Shown here one piece after another: positions 10,504 to 19,391 of a stretch of DNA of 46,809 nucleotides (the stretch's first letter is position 1; each line of letters begins with the position of its first letter). Location: positions 1 through 46,809 of the forward strand of contig DAOVJK010000001.1 in NCBI GenBank assembly GCA_030673265.1. The letters are read 5' to 3'. Source of the DNA: Pseudomonadota bacterium. Its GTDB lineage: Bacteria; Desulfobacterota; Desulfobulbia; Desulfobulbales; JAGXFP01. The translations under genes and the position numbers were made by a program. A model generated the notes under the pieces. That model did no database searches, was not told where the DNA came from, and saw nothing but the letters and a program-made list of their open reading frames with translations.

Positions 10504-11841
10504 ATGAGTTTTTCCAAACAAGCATATATTGAAACCTTTGGCTGTCAGATGAACGAGCGTGACACTGAGATCATGGCTCAACTGTTAAGCCAGGCAGACT
10601 ATAATATAACTGGCGACATCGACCAGGCTGATGTCGTGGTGGTAAATACCTGTAGCATCAGAGGTAAAGCTGAGCAAAAGGCCATGAGTCTGCTTGGGCG
10701 CTTGCGATTGATTAAAAAAAAGAACCCTCGCCTGATTGTTGCGGTTACCGGTTGTGTGGCCCAACAGGAGGGATCTAAAATTCAGGCGCGCATGGGCCAC
10801 GTCGATTTGGTGGTGGGTCCCCAGTCAATCTATCGGTTGCCGGAATTAATTAAGAAAGTTGAACAGGATGGGATCAAAGCTACGGCAATCGAGCAGGCCG
10901 CTTCTTTTTCGATCCCTTCCCTCTTACCGGATTTGGCGGGGACCGCCCTACCCCACAAGCGTTTTGTTACCATCATGCAGGGTTGTAATAATTTTTGCAC
11001 CTACTGTGTTGTCCCCCATACCAGGGGCCGCGAAGTAAGCCGTTCACCTGAAGATATTATCGACGAGATTAAACACCTTGTCACCCATGGAGTTCGCGAA
11101 ATCACCCTGCTCGGCCAGAATGTCAATTCTTATGGCCTTGACCGCCAGGATGGTGATTATCCTGATTTCCCTGGTCTCCTGAGGTTGGTTGCTGCCATTC
11201 CCGGGGTGATTAGACTGCGTTTTACCACCTCAAACCCCAAGGATCTCTCCGAAGATCTTATGAAATGCTTTGCTGAGCTTGATAATCTGTGCCCCCACTT
11301 TCATCTGCCGGTCCAGTCCGGTGCCGATGCGGTCTTAAAAAAAATGAACCGAAAATATAGCATTGAGCAGTATCTGGAGAAGGTCGAGGGACTACGCAAA
11401 TACAGCCCTGATATTGCCATAACTACCGATATTATCGTTGGTTTTCCTGGTGAGACCGACGAGGAATTCGCCGCTACCATGCTTCTTCTGGAGAAAGTTC
11501 GTTACCACAGCGCCTATTCATTTAAATATTCTGATCGGCCTAATACGGTTTCGGCTGGTTTCGAGAACAAGGTTGCGGAAGATGTCAAAGCAGCCAGGCT
11601 CAGTCGCCTGCAGACCAGGCAGCAGGAAATTACCAATGAGCACTATCTTGCCTATGTCGGCCAGGTGGTGGATATTATGGTTGAGGGGGAAAGTCGCACC
11701 GGCGATGGTCAGTGGAGCGGCCGCACCGGCACAAACCATATCGTTAATTTTGCCGGTCATGTCGACATTAAGCCCGGCCAGATACTCCGAGTCAAGATAG
11801 ACGAAGCCTGTTTGCACTCTTTGCGCGGCAGCTTAATATGA
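10504..11841 (+). CDS. miaB: tRNA-2-methylthio-N6-dimethylallyladenosine synthase (methylthiotransferase)
   Basis: 445-aa ORF with an N-terminal UPF0004 Cys triad (ETFGCQMN...NTCSIR...TGC), the radical-SAM motif CNNFCTYC and a C-terminal TRAM-like segment. Confidence 0.9.
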   Translation: MSFSKQAYIETFGCQMNERDTEIMAQLLSQADYNITGDIDQADVVVVNTCSIRGKAEQKAMSLLGRLRLIKKKNPRLIVAVTGCVAQQEGSKIQARMGHVDLVVGPQSIYRLPELIKKVEQDGIKATAIEQAASFSIPSLLPDLAGTALPHKRFVTIMQGCNNFCTYCVVPHTRGREVSRSPEDIIDEIKHLVTHGVREITLLGQNVNSYGLDRQDGDYPDFPGLLRLVAAIPGVIRLRFTTSNPKDLSEDLMKCFAELDNLCPHFHLPVQSGADAVLKKMNRKYSIEQYLEKVEGLRKYSPDIAITTDIIVGFPGETDEEFAATMLLLEKVRYHSAYSFKYSDRPNTVSAGFENKVAEDVKAARLSRLQTRQQEITNEHYLAYVGQVVDIMVEGESRTGDGQWSGRTGTNHIVNFAGHVDIKPGQILRVKIDEACLHSLRGSLI

Positions 11842-11892
11842 GGTAATCTGTTCTAAAAGGATTATCTTAAAACTGTTTAAAAGGAAATCAGC

Positions 11893-12540
11893 ATGATTGA
11901 TCTACACACCCATACCTTTTTCAGTGATGGTGAGCTGGTCCCGGCCGAGCATCTACGCCGGGTTGAAGTCATGGGCTATGAAGCCGTGGCAATTACGGAC
12001 CACGCCGATTCTTCAAATATGGATTGGATCATTCCCCGAATAGTTCAAGCCGCCAGTGACCTCAACCTTTATTCAAAGACCTTGCTAATCCCCGGCATTG
12101 AATTGACCCATGTGCCGCCTGAAATGTTTGCCGATCTTACCGCCAAGGCCCGCCAGCTTGGCGCTATAATTGTCGTTGCCCATGGTGAGACACCGGTTGA
12201 GCCAGTGCGGTCCGGAACCAACCGAGCGGCCATCGAGGCCGGCGTCGATATCCTTTCCCACCCCGGTTTAATAACAAAAGAGGATGCAGAATCGGCTGCC
12301 AGCAAAGGAGTTTTCCTGGAACTTTCCGGTCGCAAAGGTCATTCCCTGACCAACGGTCATGTGGCAAAAATGGCCCAGGAGACTAGCGCCTTACTGGCCG
12401 TTAATGCCGACGCCCACGGTCCCGGTGATTTTCTGACCGCTAAAATGGCCGAGACAGTTGCTTTTGGTGCGGGAATTAGCGCTGAGAGGTACGCGCAAAT
12501 AAGAAAAGACATGGCTGAGTTGGTTGGTAGGGCGGGCTGA
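11893..12540 (+). CDS. PHP-domain metal-dependent phosphoesterase
   Basis: 215-aa ORF with the N-terminal IDLHTHTFFSDG His motif of the PHP superfamily. A GGA-rich RBS lies upstream. Confidence 0.75.
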   Translation: MIDLHTHTFFSDGELVPAEHLRRVEVMGYEAVAITDHADSSNMDWIIPRIVQAASDLNLYSKTLLIPGIELTHVPPEMFADLTAKARQLGAIIVVAHGETPVEPVRSGTNRAAIEAGVDILSHPGLITKEDAESAASKGVFLELSGRKGHSLTNGHVAKMAQETSALLAVNADAHGPGDFLTAKMAETVAFGAGISAERYAQIRKDMAELVGRAG

Positions 12541-12622
12541 GACAACCCGGGGCTTGCCGAAACCGGCAGCCAGAGTAGTTAATATTACAGGAAATTTTCA
12601 GAAGGAGAGACAGTTTGTGTTT

Positions 12623-13000
12623 TTAAGAGCAGACGCAAGAATATGGGGTTAGAAAAAACATGCAAATTCCCAGGACCAACAGAGCAGAAGAAAACAGACA
12701 TAACGTAAGAAGCTTGGTCGAACCTTTATGCCCTATACCCTCTTTGCAGGGGTTATCTACATGTATCTCTATCCCCGAGACCAAACCTATAAGGGCCAGG
12801 GAAAAACTAAACATAACCATATCTTGATTGTTTGAGAGCAAGAGTTCCCCGCTTTCCAGATAACCCCAAACAATCGGCAAGAGCAACAACCAGCTGCCAA
12901 ATGAACCGACCAATGTCATTCGCTTCGCCCATATACGGTTGTGTTCTAATTTCACCATGGCTAATGGCTCCGTTTTTTTGTAATTTAACTCCAACAACAT
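12623..13000 (-). CDS. hypothetical small membrane protein
   Basis: 125-aa ORF with 3-4 hydrophobic segments. It has no motif and no obvious RBS. Confidence 0.3.
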   Translation of the reverse strand: MLLELNYKKTEPLAMVKLEHNRIWAKRMTLVGSFGSWLLLLPIVWGYLESGELLLSNNQDMVMFSFSLALIGLVSGIEIHVDNPCKEGIGHKGSTKLLTLCLFSSALLVLGICMFFLTPYSCVCS

Positions 13001-13289
13001 ACTAATGGTTTTATGTCGTCGTCGTCAATGCGGGTATTCATGTATTATTAAGTAGGTTTCTCCCTCTACCCTGAGATGAAAGATGTTTGTGTTTGCGAAT
13101 GGAAATCTTGGAAAAAACAGAGTTTAGGACAAGTTAGGCGGGAATTGGCCTAGTGCGGAACTGCTTTGAACTTTTAGAGTACTCCAGATATTTCACAAAC
13201 CAGCATGGGCCAATGTCGTCTGGTTAAAAGGAGTCAAATGATTTTCCCCTGGAAATTCTGTTAACCACCTGGTTAACATCGGCCAGGCA

Positions 13290-13448
13290 TCAGCGACATT
13301 TTGGATTTGTTGCGGCGCACTGGCAGTTACCAGCCTTTTTCTCAGGCGCTATCCTCTCCCTGATCAGGGATTGACCGTTTTTTTGATAATCATTGCGAAT
13401 ATCATCTTCGCTATAACCGAAGCAATAACAGATAAGAGTGGCACTCAT
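13290..13448 (-). CDS. small Cys-rich metal-binding domain protein (CxC...CxC; resembles the CopZ N-terminal/BFD-like fold)
   Basis: MSATLICYCFGYSEDDIRNDY...GNCQCAATNPKCR. I place the start at the ATG at 13448, 4 nt after the stop of the upstream mini-ORF. The ORF-track start at 13526 overlaps that mini-ORF in another frame. Confidence 0.5.
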   Translation of the reverse strand: MSATLICYCFGYSEDDIRNDYQKNGQSLIRERIAPEKKAGNCQCAATNPKCR

Positions 13449-13452
13449 GGCT

Positions 13453-13644
13453 TTATTTGCTCTTCTTAGTCCTGGAGAGATCAGTTTTGTTTTTTGATTC
13501 TTCGGTGCGGACTTCGCCCAGGACATAGCCCCGTCCGGAGCATTCGGGACACTCCTAGCAGGAGATCAGAAATCGGCTCACCCCTTTGAAAAAACTTGTC
13601 TGGCCAGACCCGCCGCATCCTTTACAGGTTATATGGTATTTCAT
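13453..13644 (-). pseudogene. 63-codon DnaJ-type double CxxCxGxG zinc-finger mini-ORF interrupted by an in-frame TAG (codon 30)
   Basis: My translation: MKYHITCKGCGGSGQTSFFKGVSRFLISC-TAG-ECPECSGRGYVLGEVRTEESKNKTDLSRTKKSK-TAA. The second CxxCxGxG motif continues in the same frame after the TAG at 13557-13555. Confidence 0.4.
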
Positions 13645-13689
13645 CTATTTGCCACTCTGCAAAATTTATCAGCAATGATTTTTATCATT

Positions 13690-16167
13690 TCAGATCAACC
13701 CTTCCCGGCCCAGGGGTTTACATAACACCAGCAGCTTCGGCAATAGGGTAAGGTCGCCAAGAAGGGCGACCAGCATCGCGAACCCGGTAAACAGGCCGAA
13801 ATAGATGGTCGGGATAAAGTTTGACATAACCAGGATTGAGAAGCCGATAGTAATCGTTATCGTAGTATAAAATATGGCTCGGCCGATACTACGATGGCAG
13901 CGGTTCATTGTCGCAAGATAGTTGCGATCCAAGGGGAACTCCTTCTGAAAGCGATGGATATAGTGGATGGTATCATCCACCGAAATGCCGATGGTAATTG
14001 AAGCGATGGTGATCGTCATCATGTCGAGGGAAATATCCAGCCAGCCCATGAGTCCCAGCACCATCGCCACCGGCAGAATGTTTTTTGCAATGGCAATCAG
14101 GGCCAGATAGACGGAGCGAAATAGGATCAAGAACATTACCGCAATTCCCAGGAAAACCATCCCGATGGTCATGATTTGCGATTTGAACAGACTATCCAGC
14201 ATATTATTGTAGAGGATATACATGTTGGTGAAATGAATCTGTTCTTCGGCCAGGCCCATCTCCCCAACCAGAAAATTCTTGATATTGGCTAATAATTTTT
14301 TCTGGCCAAGCTGCTGGCCTGACTCGATTATCCGCATCGTGAAACGGGCCTGGGTGATATCTTCCGCAACATAGGGATTGACCAGCATTTCTCTGATATC
14401 TGCCGGGATTTTTTTATGGAGAATGGCCAGTTCATAATTTTCGAGTGGGATATTGTCGTTAAGCCGGCTGGTGATCTTCCCCAGAGTGGCCAGGGAGATA
14501 ACCTCGCCGGTCTCGGGCAATGCATCAAGATAGTCGTGGATTGCCTCAATCTCTTCCATGGTATAGACGTCGGCAAACCATTTTGCCTCAACATCCTCAC
14601 CATTATCATCCTCAAAAAACTCTTCTTCCTCGAAGTTGTTTGTTTCCCCAAACTTGAAATCGATCACCAGATCAAGTGGAGTGGTACCCCCTAATTTGCG
14701 GTCAATAAGACTCATACCTTGAAAAATCTCGGTTTTTTCGCGGAAATAATCGATAAATCGATTGTCAACCTTGAGCCTGGCGATACCAATCCCGCTGATT
14801 ATGGTCAGAATCAGACCCATAATTATGATCTTGTCGCCATGGTGCTCCGTTATCCTGGCGAAGACCATGGTGAACGGATTGCTAAAATCTTCACCGGCCC
14901 CGGACGTATCCTTGTTGAGCAGACAAACCGAAGCCGGGAATAAAAGGAAGGCCAGGGTGAAGGAGACAATCAGGCCAATACTCATCATTACGCCGAAATC
15001 GATAACCGGTCTGATGCCGCTGACTACCAGGGAAATGAAGGCGACCGCCGTGGTCAGGGCGGTATAGAAACAGGGCCTGGCAATGGTCTGAACCGTTAAC
15101 AGGACCAGATATCGTTGATTTACTTCGGGGTTACGGGCATGAATTTCCAGATAGCGCTCGATCAGGTGAATAGTCAGGGCCATGGTCAGAATCAGCATTA
15201 AGGAGATAAAGTTGGAAGAGATGACAGTGACCCGCCAATCCATCATCCCGAGTAAACCGATCATGGTCACAACTGCTGCGCCACAGCAGAGCAGAGACAA
15301 GGCCACCCAGCGGGGTTTGCGAAAGATAACACTCAGGGTAATAACCAAAAAGATAAACACTCCAACTCCGAAAACCAGCAAATCATTCTCTATAAAGGCG
15401 ATCATGTCGGTAGTGATCATCGGAACCCCGCCCAGATAGAGATCAGCGTGCTCCCGGTGATTGCCGATAATCTGTCGTACATCTTCAACCAGCCTGTTTT
15501 CTTCATTTTGGAGTCTGGTCAGGTTGAGCCGGTAGGCCGCTGAGACTTCATCGAACTCAACGGTCTCTTGTCCGGATAGTTGTCCTAGAGACTTTTTCTC
15601 TCGTAATTTATAGCGCCTGGCCAGCAGGTTTCGGTAGACCTGATTGATAGGGAGGTTGACCAAGAGTGCAGTGGTTCGACCATCCTCACTGAGCAGACGG
15701 CCTTTATAAAGAGGGTTTTCAGTAAGCTCGTTGATGACCGTTTGTTTATCTAACCCTGATTTCTCCAAGGTCTGCAATTTGTCTTTATTGGCTATATCCG
15801 AAAGAGAGATACCGGTACTGACTATCAGGGGCACATCAAGAATGGTCGTGACCGAGTCAACTCCATCTAGTTGCTTTAACTCGTTCCTGAGTTCCTTAAG
15901 ATCGGCAAGGGTCTCGGTCGCAAAAAGATCGGTGTGGGCCGTATATGTAATAACCAAGATCTCAGCGGTTTCGTATCGTTCTGAGATAAGTCGATGATAA
16001 TAGAGGTCGGCATCGTTTTCGAGAACCAGCGAGTCGCCCGAGGCATCCAGCTTGAAATCCGGGATATGCCAGGCAAAGAAACCAACCACAGCCAGGGTAA
16101 CGATGATGGTTACGATCGGCCTCTTCAAGACCAGGGAGTCGTATATGGTTGAAATATTTTTTTTCAC
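13690..16167 (-). CDS. MMPL/RND-superfamily transporter (HpnN-like, two 6-TM bundles)
   Basis: Large ORF with two hydrophobic 6-helix blocks, each preceded by a large soluble loop. The likely start is the GTG at 16167 (VKKNISTIYDSLVLKRPIVTIIV...). The ATG at 16329 would add 54 residues that do not look like protein, so the start is uncertain. Confidence 0.8.
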   Translation of the reverse strand: MKKNISTIYDSLVLKRPIVTIIVTLAVVGFFAWHIPDFKLDASGDSLVLENDADLYYHRLISERYETAEILVITYTAHTDLFATETLADLKELRNELKQLDGVDSVTTILDVPLIVSTGISLSDIANKDKLQTLEKSGLDKQTVINELTENPLYKGRLLSEDGRTTALLVNLPINQVYRNLLARRYKLREKKSLGQLSGQETVEFDEVSAAYRLNLTRLQNEENRLVEDVRQIIGNHREHADLYLGGVPMITTDMIAFIENDLLVFGVGVFIFLVITLSVIFRKPRWVALSLLCCGAAVVTMIGLLGMMDWRVTVISSNFISLMLILTMALTIHLIERYLEIHARNPEVNQRYLVLLTVQTIARPCFYTALTTAVAFISLVVSGIRPVIDFGVMMSIGLIVSFTLAFLLFPASVCLLNKDTSGAGEDFSNPFTMVFARITEHHGDKIIIMGLILTIISGIGIARLKVDNRFIDYFREKTEIFQGMSLIDRKLGGTTPLDLVIDFKFGETNNFEEEEFFEDDNGEDVEAKWFADVYTMEEIEAIHDYLDALPETGEVISLATLGKITSRLNDNIPLENYELAILHKKIPADIREMLVNPYVAEDITQARFTMRIIESGQQLGQKKLLANIKNFLVGEMGLAEEQIHFTNMYILYNNMLDSLFKSQIMTIGMVFLGIAVMFLILFRSVYLALIAIAKNILPVAMVLGLMGWLDISLDMMTITIASITIGISVDDTIHYIHRFQKEFPLDRNYLATMNRCHRSIGRAIFYTTITITIGFSILVMSNFIPTIYFGLFTGFAMLVALLGDLTLLPKLLVLCKPLGREGLI

Positions 16168-16365
16168 GTGTGTCTTGCCGCCCGGATAAATTAGCAGGTT
16201 AATGCAATTATTGTATAACAGATCAGTTGGAAATAAAAGTCGCACCCCCCCTGCCCTTCTTACCTCCTGAATGGAGTTGTAAACTTGGTCAAGGATTTGC
16301 TGTAAGCATTGTTGTCGAATTAAACCCAACAGACTTTACAGAGATTTTCTGCATGTAAAAAAAAG

Positions 16366-16402
16366 GAAAGGCCGATATCCCAAAGATGGATATCGGCCTT
16401 TT
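16366..16402 (-). terminator. rho-independent terminator of the HD-GYP regulator gene
   Basis: Perfect 11-bp stem ggccgatatcc / ggatatcggcc with a 7-nt loop. On the minus strand it is followed by a T-run (the complement of aaaaaaaagg at 16357-16366). Confidence 0.7.
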
Positions 16403-16575
16403 CAGAAGAAAAACTTCTCTGTCACTATTCCAGAATCAGGGGTTGTTTTGGAGGACAGTAAAAACAATGTATCATAGGATTGTAGCCTGGTAAATGTGGC
16501 AAGTTGTCGCACTTATCGGATGGAAACCAGGGGGGGGCGCAAGATATTTATTTGGGACGATAATTATCAGAGTGG

Positions 16576-17706
16576 CTAATCAACATCAACAGAGCGAGGA
16601 TCTGCAAAGTCTTGCCGTATTTTCCTGATATTTGGTAGTAAATCACGAAAACAATCATACATTTCCGGGTCAAAGTGGCTGCCACGTTTCCCATCCATAA
16701 TGGCCAGCACCTCTGCTTCATTATACGGTTTGGCACGGTACACTCTGTCGTGACATAAAGCGTCGTAAACATCAACAATAGCGACAATCCTGGCCGCCTC
16801 AGGAATGTCTTTACCGCTCAAGCCACAAGGATAGCCGGTGCCGTCCCATTTTTCATGATGACATAAAGCAATATCAACCGCCATCTGGAGGAGTGGTATA
16901 TCTGAACCACCCAAAAGAGTTGCACCTATTCGGGGGTGCTCCCTTATCACTTCAAACTCTTCAGGCGACAAGCTACACGGTTTTTGCAGGACATCATCCG
17001 GAATGCCGATCTTGCCGACATCATGCATGGGAGCACCCATCTTTATGCAGTCAATTTCTTCCTGGTCCCAGCCCAGAGCTGTAGCTATGGCAACGCTGTA
17101 TAGTCCCATCCTCTTTATATGCTCGCCGGTTTCACCATCCCGACAACCTGTCGCCGAGATCAATCGCAGGGCGATTTCTTCTTCCCTCCTGCGAACTTCG
17201 GCAGTGCGATCCCGCACCTTTTCTTCAAGGATTTTTTCATATTTATAGCTTTCCATGGCAAGACGTTTCTTTTCAAGGATATTGGCAATATTGATCAGAA
17301 ATTCATTCATGTGGAAAGGTTTGATTACATAGCCATCGGCGCCAAGAGCAAGGGCCTTTTTGGCTGTATCTCGATCATCAACCGCTGTTGCCATTACTAC
17401 CGCAAGATCTGGATATGATTGCTTTACCTGGACAAGAAGTTCGATGCCAGATCCTCCCGGCATTGTTATGTCTGAGATCAGTAACTGATAATTTTTACGT
17501 TGAAACATCTCCTGTGCGGCTGATACTCCTGTGGCAAAATCACAATCATAGCCATCTAATTTAAGCCATTCTCTAATAACTTCTCCCACCAATACCTCAT
17601 CGTCAACAACAAGGATACTCGCTTTCTTTGCAACTGCTGCACTTAACTTGGGCAGAGTTACCTCTTTGTTTGGTGAAGCATCGTTTGTTTCTATATTTTT
17701 GATCAT
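16576..17706 (-). CDS. response regulator with an HD-GYP domain (c-di-GMP phosphodiesterase, RpfG-like)
   Basis: 376-aa ORF. The receiver domain shows ILVVDDE and DITMPGG. The HD-GYP domain shows HDVGKIGIPD and HHEKWDGTGYP. Confidence 0.85.
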   Translation of the reverse strand: MIKNIETNDASPNKEVTLPKLSAAVAKKASILVVDDEVLVGEVIREWLKLDGYDCDFATGVSAAQEMFQRKNYQLLISDITMPGGSGIELLVQVKQSYPDLAVVMATAVDDRDTAKKALALGADGYVIKPFHMNEFLINIANILEKKRLAMESYKYEKILEEKVRDRTAEVRRREEEIALRLISATGCRDGETGEHIKRMGLYSVAIATALGWDQEEIDCIKMGAPMHDVGKIGIPDDVLQKPCSLSPEEFEVIREHPRIGATLLGGSDIPLLQMAVDIALCHHEKWDGTGYPCGLSGKDIPEAARIVAIVDVYDALCHDRVYRAKPYNEAEVLAIMDGKRGSHFDPEMYDCFRDLLPNIRKIRQDFADPRSVDVD

Positions 17707-18070
17707 ACGGGGTTCTCAGTGGTATAGAATTCAAGAAATTAATAGAGATATTCCTGATAATTAAACAAGGCATGGTTTGTGCCGATATGTACTTCAATAA
17801 TTGTGCCAAGGGTTGGTTTACCCCCCCGAGATACAATTAAATCAGTTTGTCAGGTAGTTGTATCATAATTGAGCCTGAGAATAGCAACTTTAATTATGTA
17901 TTAGAAACAAGCTAAGTGGCCAACTTTAAACCAACTGGTCAAGATATGACCGCTACCTCCCGTGGTTTTTGGTGGATATCTCCGATAGCTGCTTGATAAA
18001 TGCAAATGCTGCTGACTAAAATCGTTTAATCTCGCAAAATGGTTTTACGGTTTATGCTTCGGAAAATGCA

Positions 18071-18106
18071 AAAAAAGGGGATCAGCCACTCGGCCAATCC
18101 CCTTTT
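18071..18106 (-). terminator. rho-independent terminator of the 18129-18941 gene
   Basis: Stem aaggggat / atcccctt around a 14-nt loop. On the minus strand a run of seven T follows. Confidence 0.6.
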
Positions 18107-18128
18107 CCTGAAACTATTTAGTGTTATA

Positions 18129-18941
18129 TTACGATTTCTTAGGCATCGGTGGTACTGGCACATTATCGCCATGACAATCGCTGCAGTTGAACTGGCCGGT
18201 GATACCAAATTCCTTGGCACAGGAAGTATCATGGCTGGATTCATACGTGCCGTCCTTCCAGTCGTTAAGTAATTCTACCAGCCGGTAGGCGGTACTGGCC
18301 GCAACCCTGGCACACCGATCCTTACGTTCGGCGCTCTTGAGTGGATGGCCGGAGCTTTTCATCCATTTGCCGACGGACAGGTGACATAGGGGCGAATCAC
18401 TGGTGGTCGTGATGATCTTGTCCTTGACCTTCGGGTTCGTGGGCATATAGACCGGCAGCGCGGTCTCGGAGTACCATTGCATAATATCGGCAGCAATCTG
18501 ATGGGCTTCAGGGGCCCCGGCAATTCGAGGGCCGATGATACAATTGGCGACAATGTTAGCGCCGGCAGGGGAACCACAGATCGTACCCCATCCTACTTGG
18601 CCGCCCTCAAGAAAAACGAAGGCATCGGCAGGAAAAGACTTGTAAGGTTCGCCAACTTTCTCACGTAACTGGCTGAAGACGCTATTGATAACTGCCGCAC
18701 CGCAGAATACGCGATACCACTCGTTATAGCAGATTTCCGCAGTCTTGGCGGGATCGAGTTTTTTATAAGGCCATGGCCATTTCTCGGTCGAGCCGCCGGT
18801 GGCTTCGGCCGATCTAATCAGACCGCCAAACTGGGCCAAAGCAGCACCAGCCGCCAGGGTCCCTGCTCCCACCAACATTTTTCTACGCGCCGATCCTTTG
18901 GCATCCAAATCTTCTTCTATACTTACCAACTTTTCATCCAT
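18129..18941 (-). CDS. Tat-signal periplasmic Cys-rich redox protein with one C-terminal CxxCH haem-c motif (C_GCAxxG-like / split-Soret-cytochrome-like; family assignment tentative)
   Basis: 270-aa ORF with a twin-arginine motif SARRKMLVGAG followed by a hydrophobic region and AEA. Conserved-looking Cys are in FCGAAV, TICGSPAGA and SPLCHLS. The C-terminus reads FNCSDCHGDN. Confidence 0.6.
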   Translation of the reverse strand: MDEKLVSIEEDLDAKGSARRKMLVGAGTLAAGAALAQFGGLIRSAEATGGSTEKWPWPYKKLDPAKTAEICYNEWYRVFCGAAVINSVFSQLREKVGEPYKSFPADAFVFLEGGQVGWGTICGSPAGANIVANCIIGPRIAGAPEAHQIAADIMQWYSETALPVYMPTNPKVKDKIITTTSDSPLCHLSVGKWMKSSGHPLKSAERKDRCARVAASTAYRLVELLNDWKDGTYESSHDTSCAKEFGITGQFNCSDCHGDNVPVPPMPKKS

Positions 18942-19024
18942 GATTTTCCTCTTGTTTTTGCCGCATTTAGCGATTTGTTCACAATTAGATTTTACCTGAA
19001 TTGTGAAAAGGATTAATGGAACAA

Positions 19025-19035
19025 TGTGGTATATT
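19025..19035 (+). promoter_or_regulatory. candidate extended -10 promoter element TGTGgTATATT
   Basis: Matches the TRTGnTATAAT extended -10 pattern. It is intergenic and one of several TGTGGTAT copies in intergenic DNA. It lies about 360 nt upstream of the 19392 ORF. Confidence 0.25.
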
Positions 19036-19391
19036 TAACACAAGAGATGGGACTTATTAATGTGGCATGTTATCGCACCATTTTACCAGTGCCTTAGCAA
19101 AAAATTAAAAAGTCCGGTTTTTTGGACAAAGTACCGACTTGAATAATGCTTTTTCCGTGAAAACCTTTGGTTAGCTGGGCCAGAAGAAGCCACACCATTC
19201 TGATTAGATGCCAGGTGAAAACATTCTTTCGTAAAATTTGAAAGACTTATTTCTGTTTTATATTTGAAAGTTATTGGGGATTACAGCCTTGAAAAACTAT
19301 ATTATAGTGTAGAATTCTGATCTTTTAAATTAGCATGCTTCAGCGAATGTAACTGGTATCGGTTGTAGTTGGCGGCTCTTGGAGAAACTTA

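Noticed and set aside
13260-13277. Palindrome GTTAACCA-cc-TGGTTAAC just downstream of the small Cys-rich ORF
   Set aside because: It is only an 8-bp stem with a 2-nt loop and no T-run. It is not convincing as a terminator or an operator.
13449-13526. N-terminal 26-residue extension of the Cys-rich small ORF
   Set aside because: It overlaps the 3' part of the zinc-finger mini-ORF in another frame. The internal ATG at 13448 sits 4 nt after that ORF's TAA, which is a more plausible coupled start.
16168-16329. N-terminal 54-residue extension of the MMPL transporter in the ORF track
   Set aside because: The extension (MGLIRQQCLQQILDQ...) is not hydrophobic or signal-like. MMPL proteins normally begin a few residues before TM1, which fits the GTG at 16167. 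This remains uncertain because neither start has a strong RBS.
16521-17828. A G8 tract (about 16527-16534) and a C7 tract (about 17822-17828), each next to AAACCA/TGGTTT, flanking the HD-GYP gene. They could be inverted repeats of a cassette.
   Set aside because: The order of the elements is not that of a true inverted repeat: the flank plus homopolymer appear in the same order on both sides. This is most likely coincidence.
19061-19075. Sigma-54-like TGGCATGTTATCGCA
   Set aside because: The GG-to-GC spacing is one nt too short on the plus strand, and the complementary reading is one nt too long. It does not fit the invariant -24/-12 geometry.
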